Assembly (NCBI GenBank): GCA_040954595.2
Contig: CM082593.2
Span: 5,597,434 to 5,661,433, forward strand
Direction of reading: 5' to 3'
Source of the DNA: Balanoglossus misakiensis
Taxonomy: Eukaryota > Animalia > Hemichordata
Length of the DNA stretch: 64,000 nucleotides
Shown piece by piece: positions 1-21,100 of this stretch. Every line of letters begins with the position of its first letter. Position 1 is the first letter of the stretch. Made by a program: the position numbers and the translations under genes. The notes beneath the pieces were generated by a model that saw only the letters and a list, made by a program, of their open reading frames with translations, did no database searches and was not told where the DNA came from.

Positions 1-33
1 GAGGGTCAGAGTGCAAAGGTCAAATCCACCCAC

Positions 34-8247
<8,214 letters not shown>

Positions 8248-9088
8248 GTTTTAAATCTGTGGAAAAATAACTTCACTTAAAATTTAACTACACATATGCA
8301 TCATACAGTGTCCTCAAAACGTAGTGGCGTGTGTTTTCACTGATATGTGTGCGGCTAATATCAGCTGTTTTAATTGGCTGGCTCTATTGATTATTATTCC
8401 ACACAGCCAATTGTGAAAGCCCTTACACAAAAGTAGCTAAATGGGCATCCCAACACATATCAGTGCATTCGTAGTTTGTCTGTTCGTCAAGGCAACGTCA
8501 CATCGCCCTCCATTACACTAAAAGTAATGCCTTCGTTTTTTTTTCATTTGGTCGCCAGCATTTATCGTTCCTATATATTTATGACTGGATCAGATATATT
8601 CAATGGTGCTAAGATAATAATTCAATATTATTTACATCACGTAAAAAAGAAGACAATATTTATTTGGGGTAGTAGTAACATATTTTATTTTTGTTGATGT
8701 AAAACAATCTTCGATGCATGTATTTTCTCCTTAAAAAATTACATTCACATAGAAAATGAGACTGCAGCTGTTTACAACTTTTAAAATGTTGATGAATTTC
8801 ATTGACATAGCAGACATGTTAAATACAGTGAAACTAAGAAGTGCCGAAGTCGTTTCAGCCAGCAAAATAAAATTTCATCCCCTGGTGGATGATGGCCTCT
8901 CTTGATATTGTCCTTTTTTAATAAAAGTATCACCCGACACCTACAGGAGAAAAAGAGTAACAAGATTGACCAAAATTACATAAAATTGAAATATTATAAG
9001 CAATTCTATCCATGGTAACTAAACATTCTTTCTGTGAGTATTTATTCCAGGATTTCACACTTTCAAGTTCGGGTGTAAAGTACATACC

Positions 9089-10653
9089 TCATCTACCCCT
9101 TCCCCTCGGAGTAAATCCTCTTCCACCTCCTCTGAATCCCCCTCTTCCTCCTCCACCTCTGAAACCCCCTCCCCTGCCACCTCCTGAAAAGCCAAAATAA
9201 ACATTAGGGGGGGAAATGAAATGACAAATCGAGTTGAAGAATGATAGTTATTGAAAAGTCTGGTATTAACACTTAGTTACACTTCTGTTGCCTATAATGA
9301 ATATCATTGCATCTGAACCAAAGAGGAACAATTTCTCACCTCTGAACCCTCCCCCTCCTCTGAAACTTCCTCCTCTTCCACCCCCTCGGCCACCCCTTCC
9401 ACCGCGTCCTCCCCTTTTCTGCACTCGACCCCCGGCGCTGGGTAGAAATCTTTGTAACGGCAGTAGTTTATTTGGATCAATGTAGAACTGCGGGATAAAA
9501 ACAAGTTCAGTTTGTAATATGAGCAGAGGAGCCCGGAACGTCAACAAATTTGCATTAGGAAATCATTCTTGACTGTCTGCTACTTATCCAGCCCCAAGTG
9601 GAGAGAAATGTCATTAGGTCAGTATTGTGCGACAGATCACAGGCTTGAGGAATTGTTTCTCCCACGTTTCTCCCCTTCATATATCCAGTGCAGGTTCATT
9701 TAGAACAGCCCCCCCCCCCCCCCCCCCCCCAAAGTGGTGAATATTTCAGACAGGCCAACCAGCATCAACCGGCATTGCATGATCAGGGAAAGTAGTGTTC
9801 ATGGACTTTCGTTGAGTGTTCAAGCCTCCATTGTTGTCAGAAAAGAAAACATTGATTGAAGGAAGACTTACTGTTTGTTCTTTTTCAAATGAACCTGCTT
9901 TCACATCATTTGTTAATTTTACTGAAAAATACTGTAATATCTGTCAAGGTTAAATATCAGAGAAAAAAAGGCACAGGTAGTCGACACAATCCTTTTCACC
10001 ATCATGGTTTGGACCAAACCCATTGTTTTCTATGGTGAAGTTGGACTTGGATATAGGAAAATGGGGGTGTTCCTGTTTTTCTTAGCTGCTTGTAAAAGGA
10101 TACGGTGTCTCGAATCTGGCCAAATATTTCATCAATTTTACCAATCTGCTGCTTGTTTTTCAGATAAATAGGTGCATTGAAGTACGGTATTTGCTCTTTC
10201 AGCCCGCATCTGACAACCACATCCTCTTGGCAAGGATGCATAAGTGTGCCGGCCTCTGCGGAGAGAAAGTAAAAGATCATTGTCATCCAAGGTTTTACTT
10301 GTTATGTTATAGGTTTACGTGTACATTGCAGATTGGCTACTTTTAAACCTGATTTAAATCAGATAAAGGGTGTGTCGACGTCTTTTACTTGCACAGTACA
10401 GTATACGAGAGAGCATATCTTCTAAACGCTTTCCCAGTTTTCAATTGCAATAAAGCTTCCACACAGAGCACACACAAATAAGACAAATAAATATCTTCGA
10501 CATACCTATGACCTCATCTGGTGGACCTTGCTGCCATCGATCTTGATAACCACCCCTCCCTCCTCGGAAACCACCACGACCACCGCGGAAGCCACCGCCT
10601 CCTCCTCGGCCGCCACCTCCCCCTCTAAAGCCTCCACGACCACGAAACGACAT
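9089..10653 (-). CDS. GAR1: H/ACA snoRNP subunit GAR1. Coding exons 10653-10506, 10255-10104, 9931-9872, 9487-9340, 9183-9089; 5' UTR exon ending about 11154; 3' UTR intron 9087-8941
   Basis: RGG boxes at both ends. Core [53 protein letters not shown]. Confidence 0.97.
9932..10103 (-). other. U12-type (minor spliceosome) GT-AG intron in GAR1
   Basis: 5' splice site GTATCCTTTT. Branch site CCTTGAC about 12 nt before the CAG acceptor. No polypyrimidine tract. Removal joins RDT|YFSVKL in frame. Confidence 0.9.
9988..10069. mobile_element. Short (~90 bp) TTAA/piggyBac-like MITE family A, degenerate copy inside the GAR1 minor intron
   Basis: Shares the core TTTCACCAYCATGGTTTGG..AAACCCATTGTTTTCTATGGTGAAGTTGGAC with copies at ~40379, 44878, 58555, 62433 and 63500. 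Confidence 0.7.
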
Positions 10654-11153
10654 CTTGGGCGATTCAAATCTTCATGGAAGACACGCACTGTTAATTATTG
10701 TGGAGGCTGCAAGATAACAGATGTTGTATAGTTTTGAAAGATTAATCACAAATTCTAGACAGAGGCAATGAGGTTACTCACTGGATGCATTCTGTCCATA
10801 TTGTTTCAGTCTTGATTTTCCATAGGCAATGGGCTATATATACATTGTACACATACATACATGTACATACATACATTGTATAAACATGTTGTGTGTGTGT
10901 GTGTGGGGGGGGGGGTGCGTGCTTGCGCGCGTGCGTGCGTCTGAATCCAACCATGGACACTGGTACTACCCCATTGATGGGTACTATGGTAGTGGGGGGT
11001 CCGTGGTCTCCTCAGGCAGCAATGCGTGCCATGGATCTCATCCAGAACAAAACCTCGCAGCTGCCGAAACTTGGGAGATCCCAAAACTTCCATCCTACAA
11101 ACTTATCACTTTACACCTCGCTTGTTCATATATCTATGTACGAAGTCACTTAC

Positions 11154-11941
11154 CCGAAACTGACGCGTTTGAAGTATGACTAGATTACAGGAGTGTGATC
11201 TCCTAAACACCAACGCCAAATTTGACCAGCCTAACGCACCACCAAACACACGTGTTTTCAATTACCCTCTAGCGGCAGTGGTGTTTGCGACAGTGAAAAT
11301 CAAACAGCTACTGATGGCAAAAATTAACAGTTGCGATAAATATATTGAAGGATGATAGAGAATTTTGCATGAAATACACTTGTGTTAGTAGATCAGTATA
11401 CAGTATTCTTCTCATTTATTGGCGAGTTCTTTACGGGACAAAATCCAAGTCAAACAGTTTTACTTTACGGCAAAATCCACCTGAGTATTTGCAGTACATG
11501 TTTTCGTGCAGGCATACACATGATACATTGCGTACGCGTTGAAAGAGACAATGAATGTCGTATTTCACTGATCGTATTTCAGACGCAACACAGTTTCAGT
11601 CATTTCTTCTCTCCTAAAATATTGATGAAACGATTTCTTGATATTTGAACTACTGTTTATGTCGATCAGACATCCCCGTACGACCGGCGTCCCCAATCGA
11701 TGATAATGAATGGTCAGTCATTCGGTCAGTGGCCGGCCTCTCTGGCTGGTACGTACTTACAATTGGTTATTGTTATGCAAATGTGGCTATTGTATACAAC
11801 AATTTCCGGGTTTCTTGTAATAGAACGTCAGATGTTCATTAATTCCGCTGTACACTGGGAAGAGACGTATTCCAAAGGAGCGGGGGAATGCGTGATTCCA
11901 TTTCGGACACCAGAAAGCGAAAATAATATTATTATTCAAGT
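11154..11941. promoter_or_regulatory. Divergent GAR1/tetraspanin promoter region with a CTCF-like motif at 11264-11280
   Basis: Head-to-head gene arrangement. Minus strand reads CACTGCCGCTAGAGGGT, resembling the CTCF core CCRCYAGRGGG. Confidence 0.45.
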
Positions 11942-14900
11942 ATGGTCGAACTGGGACTCTTGTGTTTGAAGTACACCTTTTTCATTTTCAATGTTTTGTT
12001 TTGGGTAAGTGTTTTAATAATATTATTAGGTCATAAGGTCTTTCTCGTCCAGAATTACAAAACGGAATTGAGTAATACCTGTACCTGCCACTTGCCTGTG
12101 TGCATATATGGGTAGAAATCTACTGAGATTCACACACTACATGTACATGTATATGTTTATACATGTATATGTGTTTCCAAGGGCTTTCTTTGGGCAATGT
12201 GGTTAAATTTTCGGACTTTTAATATAGGTTTTTGTTTTTCTATGGCAATTAAGAATAATTTATTTTAAAATTAAAGATTATCCTGTCACACATTTCAAAA
12301 ACAACATTGTCAATCTGTGAAAATAATATAAGTTAATATAGACAATATTATTACAATTACAAAAATATATTGACTTAAAAGAAAGACACAATAGGGATAA
12401 TAGTATTGCGTACATGTTTGTATTACTTTTACTTATTATAAAGCACTTCATCAGAAATACATAAAACGTGTATGTAAAACACCCTCATTCCTGCATAACA
12501 ATTATTTTTGAATTCTTTGAAATTTCAATATAAAATTTCAAAAGTAAAATATTAAAGTTTGAATATAAGAAACACATTCAAATTCTGCATATTGATGAGA
12601 AAATTTTATTTTACTGATTTCACTATTCAGTACTGACAACTTTAGAACAATTTGACTGAGACATATTCATTTATTACTTTTTCTATCAGATGCTGGGCTG
12701 TTTCACAGTGGCAATAGGAGTATGGGCACATACATTTTCAACTCAGGTAAGAAATTTTGTAGTATTACGAATCCAATTTGTGCCGGCCTTCAGACACCGA
12801 GACCTTTCAAAGCAAAACTACTGTATGCTGGCAGGCACTGAGGGAAGGTCAAAAAGGAATGCAGTTTGTTTACAGTTAGATTGCTTTCCCTACTTAAATG
12901 GGAAGTAACTGTTATAATTGCCTGGCCAAAAGTTCAGATATCGGAATATGGAATAATAATTTGATATCCAAGGACAGGTATATGATTGTGCAAAATGGTC
13001 AAAGGTAATCTAAAAGTGTTTCTATGGTTACACATGGGAAAATGGCTGACAAATCAGATGACCATAGTGCCTCAAGCCCTTCATAGGCCCCATGTCATTA
13101 CAAATTGTAGTGTAAATGAATAGGAATCAATAACTATTTATCAAAATTTGGCTTCTATCTTGTACCTGCGTGTTAGCCATTGATTTTCTCCATTTTCTGT
13201 GTCTGTCAGTGTTGATGTGTTGTACTGTACAAATGATAATTTTTGTCTCTTCAGGGTGGAATTGATTTATCACAGCTTGAAGATGGAAGTGTAGTTTCAG
13301 TTGTCGTGTTCCTATTTGCAAACTATCCACTGCTCATCATTTTGGTTGGAGTTGTGATGTTTTGCTTAGCTACATCTGGATGTATCGGTGCTCTGAGAGA
13401 AAACACCTGTCTTCTCAAAACAGTGAGTATTAATCGCATCGAAAATAGCACAGAAAATGCTAGATTGTAAAAAAAATATTTCTTGTGCGTTCAGGTGATA
13501 TAGAATACCTTTTCTACCAAGCTCCACTTTGTGCTTGTGAAACTATAGCCCAACTTTTCTGTTTCAGGGTACAAGTTATTAAGTGTTTTGCTTCTGCAAG
13601 TAATGTTATGCCCCACCGATCTTGTCAGAGGTCACAGAGATTAGTCACGTATACTCATGAAAACATGAAAACAGATCCAGTATCTGTTCAGGATTATCTG
13701 CTTGGCTGCAAATTGCTCCCCAGTGCAAATGACATATAATAAGATGAATGTATATGTCAGAGCGATCTGCCCTGTAGACGTGTACGTCTCAGTCGAAAAA
13801 TCAGCCACCATTAGAGGGGTAATCAAAAATCCGCCGTATTTTTCGTTGACATTTTTGTTGCCTGCAAGGTTATAATATTTCTTACAAGGTAATACTCTCC
13901 TGCATCTTATTTGACTGCGATAAGTGGACAATTGTGGTACAGGAAGAATTATTAGAGAGTGATTTCTTCAAAAGTTATAACTTCTCTCAGTAATTTTCAG
14001 TTTGGTACTTTTAGCTCTCACTGTCTGTGACATGGAGCTTAATTTTCAGAGGGGCTGATTGTCTGTCGTCGTCTGTCCGCCCATCTGTTGTCCTTCAACA
14101 ACATATAATCCCAATTGTATGTATGTATGTATGTATGTTTCATAATCCATTACTATTTATGTATGTTTCATCATCCATTTTCTTTCAGTTTTCGGCTGTG
14201 TTGATTGTCATATTCCTGCTTCAAGTAGCTCTGGGATTATTTCTGTTCATAACACTGCAATACCATTCAGATACAGTGAGTGTACACTCCGTTATTACAC
14301 ACCTATGCCATAATTTGATTATGCAATGATGAACCCAACTGAAAAACAGGACGCCGCAGTCAAACATGTAAGCCATATTTGGACTCGACACCCCATAGAA
14401 CATAATTTACTTTTTTAAATTTTTGCAGTTTTATCGAAAAGTTAATGGCATCATCAATACATCAATCAGGCAATACCGTGACGATATTAATTTACAAGAA
14501 CTCATTGATGGTTTCCAGAAAGAGGTAAGACCAAAATAATTTCAGATTTGTCAGATTAAAAAAAAGTGGTTTCTTTCAGCATTGATTTCTAGAGTCAAGT
14601 TTTCTCTCACAAAAAAATTAACTGCTGTTACTAAGGTTTCAGAACATCTCTGTCATGAAATGTTAATTTTCTAAATTAAATGCAAGTGTTTGTGTTCGTC
14701 TTTGTAGCGAAATAACTATTTACTCAACGGATATGTCTTGTTTTGTTGGATGTATCAAATGACCGTTAAATGTCATATGACATCGCTCACTACTGTCCAG
14801 CATGACGTGTTCATAGTCCATGAACTTGTCCACTCGGATCCAGACAGTATCGCCATAATTCAACTCCAAGTAGACACTCTGGCCGACCAGCCCGTCCCAG

Positions 14901-17900
14901 TCGCTGTCGTCGGCGTAAATTCGCACCTGCGGGTTCCTGTTCAGCATTATGTAGGCCGCCACGAAGTTGTCGTTGTCCTTCAGCGTGTTGAAAGAGAAGG
15001 CGTAGACGCCGGGGATGGCGCACGTGAAGACCCCCGTGGCCGGGTCCATGTGCTTGCCGATGTTTGCGAAGACGCGGTCGAATGTGACCGTCTGATAACT
15101 TTTCGCACCCCTCACAGCGCTGGATCTCGCTACGGAGAACACGGACCACTCAGTCGTGCGACCGGCGTCGCCCTTCTGTCCTTTTTCTCCCGTGAGTCCC
15201 CTTTCGCCCTTTCCACCGGTGCCCCCATCTACTCCTTCCTCCCCTTTCTGACCTTTGAACCCTTGGGGACCGATATATCCTGCAGCCCCTCCCTCTCCGG
15301 GCGTTCCAGGGTCTCCTTTCTGGCCCATGTCCCCTGCAAGTGAATGGAAGGTGCTGTCAGACAGGGTCTGAATGAGAGGTTAAAGGTATACGGTCACCTA
15401 TACAAATTTAGCCACAGTTACCATGGTAAATCGAGATCTAACCAATCACAGATTTTCAGTGGGTGGCACACGCGAAAATAAAGCGTTCTTTAGAACACTC
15501 AAATACGCCATTTCAACTATATATGGCGATATGTAAATTGGAGGTGACTGTATACCTTTAAAGGCCAGATACTAACACAAAATCATTTCGAAGCATTGAT
15601 TGTCACAACATCAGTGAAAAACAAAATAGATTAGTTATTTTTCATGGCCTCTGAATGAGATTGCATCCTGGTATTTGCAGTCTTACAGTTTTTCTACCAA
15701 TTAGCAACAAGGAACCTACTGAACCGTTAAACAGTTTTAAAAAAAAGAACCGGTGCTGGGTTGTTGCCCGAAGGTTTACACATTTCAAGGATTTTAACAC
15801 AAAAGAACAGTGAAAATTGTAAACCTAGGGAATAAAACCAACTCAGAAATAAATATTCATTGAAAATTGTGGTGGGAATACACCAGGAAAAATATGGCAT
15901 GTTATTTTGTATCAGGTAATTTTCTTTGGAAGAAAATGCAGGTTTTTGTTGTTAGGTTAGCTAAGTCATAAATTCAATACACATTTGAATGACGTAGTTG
16001 AACTAGCAAATACATACGGTAAGCTGATTACCAGTACATGTGATTAGCAATTAGATCAAGATCTTAGAAATTATGCACCGACTTGATACACAGTGGCCTG
16101 ATGTGATCGACCTTGTGGAAGTGTATCGACCTGAACATAGCTAACAACCCTGCATGTAAAAGCAATTTGGAAATACTTCGAATAAGTGATCCTTTTTGTC
16201 TGTAGAGTGACATAGACATGGAAATTGGCATAGCTAACTATCATGTATGTGAAAAACAATTGCAAATACTTTGAAGAGACATTCCAAGGAGAGTAATTTG
16301 TGCGAGAATTAGTGCAACCAGACCTTGAATCTGGTGTCCAGACATCACTATTCGATATTTATTGCCCCTACCTCACCTTTTTCACCCCGTAAAATGCTGT
16401 AACCACCAGTTGTCGACGTGGCTTCATAGTCGCAGCATCTCGTGCACGTTGACGACAATGGCTGGGACCAAACCCGTCGGTTCAAAATAACGCTGATGAC
16501 GCAGATGGAAGCTAAATATGGCTTCATCTTTGTAGAGCCTCCAAAAAGTGTTACAATGGGAAAATGTATGGGGATTGAAGAGATTTAGTGCGGATGTATA
16601 CAGCTCTGAGTAGTTGGCTGTCTGGAGGCTAAAGGTGGGCATTAGAAAAGTGGGAAACTGACACCAGTCTAGTTAAAATTGAAACTCTTGGCCAGCTGGT
16701 CAGACAGTGGCCAGCAGTTAATAGCTGTCTAGACTGACTTCTAAGTTATACATTACGTACATGCAGTTACTTCAAAACAAAGACAGAGTGTATTTGAAGG
16801 CTCATTATAATATTGTTTGAAATATAGAGAACTTGAGACCAATATACCAACAAGAGACCTCATTATATTTCTAATTAAATTGTGTAATATGACTGCTAAT
16901 TTCGTCTTTTTACCTTTCATAGATGAAATGTTGTGGAGGCCAGGGTTTTGATGATTGGGAAAAAAATATCTATTTCAATTGTTCAATGGAATCTATCGGA
17001 GCTGTTGAAGCTTGTGGTGTTCCCTTTTCATGTTGTCGACAAGACAATCAGGTATAGTGAATTAGAACTTTAATCATCTCTATTTTATACATTTCCTGTG
17101 TGGTTATAATGATGTGTCTATGTATGGTGGCAGACTTTTATTACATGGCCACCATAATATGTGTTTGGTTGGTGCACTGAAAAATCATAAAAATGTTCAC
17201 AAATGTAATGGACTAGCATGCTACTTATGTACTTTTTTACAGGAAAATGTAATTAATGTACAGTGTGGGTACGGCATCAGAAAAGAAGGCAAGGTAGGTG
17301 GAGTAGGACTGAATAACGCAACTACAGCCATGAATTTTGCCTGGCCTAAAATCATTTGAAAAACTAAACTTCACAACCATTACCGGCATCAAAAATAGCT
17401 TCAAGTTCCTGTGAGAAGTTTCTGCTTCAATACCTAATGATACTGAATATTTGAGACAATTCGTTATTCAAAAACAGCAGTTTTATAGTATTTTCATATT
17501 ATACTATACACAGTGTGAATATAGCTTAGTTTAAAGCAACTATTTACCATGCTCAACAAGCACAAAGCAATTAACCTTTATTGTATTGTTTGATGGAACC
17601 TCTTTTTACAGAATGTTGAAAGAGTAGAGACCATTTATACTAAAGGTTGTGTGGATGCATTTGAGGTGTTTCTGGCTGACAACTACTACATTATTGGCGG
17701 CATACCAATTGGGTTGGCATTATTAGAGGTAAAATAAAATCTATTGAAATACAAGTACCGGGTAACATTTCCGTACTTCTGATTTTCTGTACCAACTACA
17801 GTTTTCTAGTCTATACTACTTGTATCTAGAAATGTTCAGCTAATCTAAGCGTCAGCCTTATCCTTATATGTGTAATATAGATAAAATGCTTGCATTAACA

Positions 17901-18171
17901 GTGAGGTTTTATTAAAATCATATTTCATGTATATTGGATTTAGATGGCATATTGTTATCTGGAATGCATTGTTAAGGAGAACATAACAAAGTGACTTCTT
18001 AACTACATTTTGACAAAGTCTGATTTTTTGTTTCCACAGATGCTAGGCATATTTTTTGCCAAGAAGCTGATCAACAGTATTGAATATTTGAGAGAACGGT
18101 ACAGATATGAGGAACGTCGGGAACGACGACAGCTGAAGAGAGCTTTGAAAGCATCCAAGGAAGCGGCTTAA
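11942..18171 (+). CDS. Tetraspanin, TspanC8 subgroup (TSPAN5/14/15/17/33-like). Exons approx. 11942-12004, 12690-12746, 13255-13422, 14189-14275, 14429-14524, 16923-17051, 17242-17293, 17612-17728, 18040-18171
   Basis: CLKYTFFIFNVLFW, GCIGALRENTCLL, CCG, DWEKNIYFNCS, CGVPFSCC, NVQCGYG, IYTKGC. Four TM segments and canonical splice sites. Confidence 0.93.
14720..16527 (-). CDS. Secreted collagen-repeat + C1q-domain protein (CTRP/C1QTNF1/6-like), nested antisense in tetraspanin intron 5. Exons 16527-16377 and 15333-14720
   Basis: Signal-peptide-like MKPYLASICVISVIL, CTRCCD motif, ILRGEKG|DMG, about 20 G-X-Y triplets, and a gC1q domain (FSVAR, VTFDRVFAN, TGVFTCAIPGVYAFSF, LELNYGDTVW, TFNGHLI). 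Confidence 0.9.
15380..15561. mobile_element. Kolobok-like MITE (TTAA TSD, AG...CT termini) in the C1q intron; related partial copies at ~53064-53220 and ~56890-57013
   Basis: TTAA-AGGTATACGGTCACCT ... AGGTGACTGTATACCT-TTAA. Confidence 0.75.
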
Positions 18172-21100
18172 ACCAGGAAAAGATTGAAGCCAACCCCTAT
18201 TCAAGGTTCTCTATTCAGGGATAGTGTACCAGTTGAAGAAACACATTCATTCTGTATGAAGGCGAGATCTGTATGAGGAATTTGAAGAGTTCACGGGTAA
18301 AATATAACATTTTGTTGACATTACAAAACTGCACACGTATGATACTACAGTGTTGTTCATCTAAAAGTTATCAAAGTCACTTACTTTTCACATAATTTTG
18401 GTTATTTATATGTAATGTCCAACTTGGCAACTTTGTCCCTTTGACTCAAAATAACTTTACTGGTAGTTGACCTCACTGGAGTGTTTGCTATGTTGAATGT
18501 GAAAAACTATGCAATACGATAGTGTATTTGAAATTTACATATTGCAATATTTGTAACTTATAGCTATTTTTGCAGTATGGTTGGTGTATGGTATCACATG
18601 CTTTTTTCTTCACTGGCTACTAAAAGTATGGTTAAATGTCTAGTAAAGTCAGTTCAATAATACAGCTATTACATCTACAATTGGCATTGTTGTTGTTGAA
18701 AATTGAGTTTGGTTTGGAGTGTAAATTCATTTGTCAACAATAACAATCGTCGTTTCACATAGAAGGTATGGCAGGGTAATGTACATTTTAGTGTGCTACA
18801 GGGAGCAGGGTAAGAAAGCATTGTTAATAGTTATGAAAAAAAATCTTTAAAATACCTAAAAGTTACAACTACTGGGCATATTTTTTTGTATTTAAACTTA
18901 GTTATATTTATGGTTCTAGCTATTTTATCAACCTTTATAAAGTGAATAGTATTCTGTCCATGAATGGTTGGTTATGGGCATGACAAGAAGATGGTATAGC
19001 TGCTTTTCAGAGGGACATGAGCTGTAACGTTTGGTGCGGCAGATTTTGTAGAATTTCATGCGTCTCCTTACAGCAAAGGAAAATGTGCATTGGTTAGTTT
19101 CTTAAGTCTTTCTGTTTGTGAATGTTTAAACCTGGCTAAAATGGTCATGTCTGTTATTTAATTTAAAATATCTGATTTGAAAAAAAATATTTCATCTAAT
19201 GATTTTAAAAATAACAGGAATTATATTAATAAGTATCACTAATTTTTTATGTAATGTTGATTTTGCTAACACTTCCTTTGTTTGTAAAATTTGTATACTT
19301 TGAGTTATTAAACATGAATACAGAACCCTTAGACCTTCAAAATTTCACATGCTAAAATGATTGTTTATCTGAATTGTGTAGTTGTAAAGTTGGTCAGATA
19401 TATGGAGCAATTAACATGCAATAATAATAATCTTTATTGTCTATGCAAATCACGGAACATTGTCTTTCATAGAATATATATTATTTTTGTGAGAAACTTG
19501 TCTCGCATAAACCAACCATCAAACCCAATGAAACTTATATGTGTCTTTAACCACAGCTGCCTTCTCTTCCTCAGGATCTCGACTCATTCAAACCAAACTT
19601 CTGTTTTGGGTTTTGAACATCATTATGAGACCTGATGTCTTTCTGTCAAATCAAATTCATAAGTAAATGTATCAAGTAATTAAATTCAAGTTAGTTGGTG
19701 CAGTCTGTAACAAACATGAAGTGGCAAGTATATTCTTAAGGTTGTGTTTATCAATTTATGGCGACTTAGTCTCCAGCAAGTCTCTGTTTACTTAGAGTAG
19801 TTTGTACATGTTCAAAACCCAAAATAGATGTCCTGGTACAGAGTTTTATTTATTATTTTATATATGTATATTTTATACTAACCGAACTTGAAGACTTTAT
19901 TTTATTAATTTTCAATGACCATGCGATACTTTTATACAACTGTATTTATCATTTGAGAGTACAGCGTTTACGACTCAGTTGCAGGAATGTTAACAGTTGA
20001 CGAAGTTATGTGTTTATTTGAAACAGCAGGTCTGTCTTGTTTTAAGATTAAATATTACATTGTTAAATTTCTCAACTTGGTTTGAGTGTTGCTTAATAAA
20101 ATTTGTTGCCGTATTTGACTTTATTAATGTAAATGTTAGTTATGTTACTTAAATTCTATTGTTTTCATTGTTTGCCACTTTTCATATTGAATTTTCAATT
20201 TTTGTTATTTGAGAAAATGTCACAAAAATAAATGACCACTGACTGACTACTGTGATGTTTGTTTGTGTGCACGGAGTCATAAGATACAATATAACACAAC
20301 AGTAGTTGCATCTTTTGGACTTAATACACAGGGCTAGTAGTAAACTGTTAAAGGACTATAATTTTTTTAGATTCCTTTTAGTGGCTTGGCTGGTTTCCTT
20401 GAAACCATATACAGTACGGGTTTTTTTGTGTGCTTCAGTTTCCTGTTTATGTAGCTTCCCTTTTCACTCAAAATTAGCCACAGGGTCTCCGGGTGGCGGT
20501 TTCTCTTAAAATTATCTTGAAAGTTTATGGAATATGAAAATAATGAGATCTGTGGTATTTGAGTGTCTTCAGCAGCATCGTTTCAAGACAGTGTAGCTCT
20601 TCGCTTCGCGCACTGTCGACAGTGACTAATACGCGGATTGTACAAATGTGGTAAACTACTGACATTTACTGAGAAGTTGGAGAACAGTGAAACAGAAAAT
20701 CGTTTGAATCAAAGTGCATTGCTTGTAACTTCCTCTATGTTTCCCAAAGGTCCGCCCTTGGCACTACATATGTGTGACCAATTACGGCATCCGTTGTCAA
20801 AGGAACGGAAGACATTTGCGGGATTAGGATCTGCGATCAGATTCATAACAACAATACTGTTTATCATGGACCCCAGATCTTGACTCGCGTCTACTGATTA
20901 TTTTCATATGAAATTGAAAGACAGCCAAAGGCTACAGCCAATGTACCTTTATATTGCCATTTCCAGTTGAAATATGATAGCTTTGAAGATACGGGTTTAC
21001 CTGTTACTGTGGACGCGTGCTCATTTTCTCTTTTCCAATGGTACACCATTTGAAGAAAGTTTGCAAATCCGGGTTGTACTTAACTCTGTGTACGTCAACG

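Noticed and set aside
8941-9087. GAR1 3' UTR intron as an NMD trigger
   Set aside because: The junction is 1 nt after the stop, far below the ~50-nt rule.
9709-9730. Poly-C/poly-G tracts (also 1113, 23323, 44025, 63594) as functional G-quadruplexes
   Set aside because: Simple homopolymers scattered through introns, with no evidence of function.
9488-9871. Possible intronic C/D or H/ACA snoRNA in GAR1
   Set aside because: CTGA boxes are present, but there is no good box C, terminal stem or recognisable guide.
14738-15343. 201-aa plus-strand ORF and other antisense ORFs (e.g. 40689-41237, 25168-25668, 62990-63352)
   Set aside because: Shadow frames of GC-rich real exons, with no independent features.
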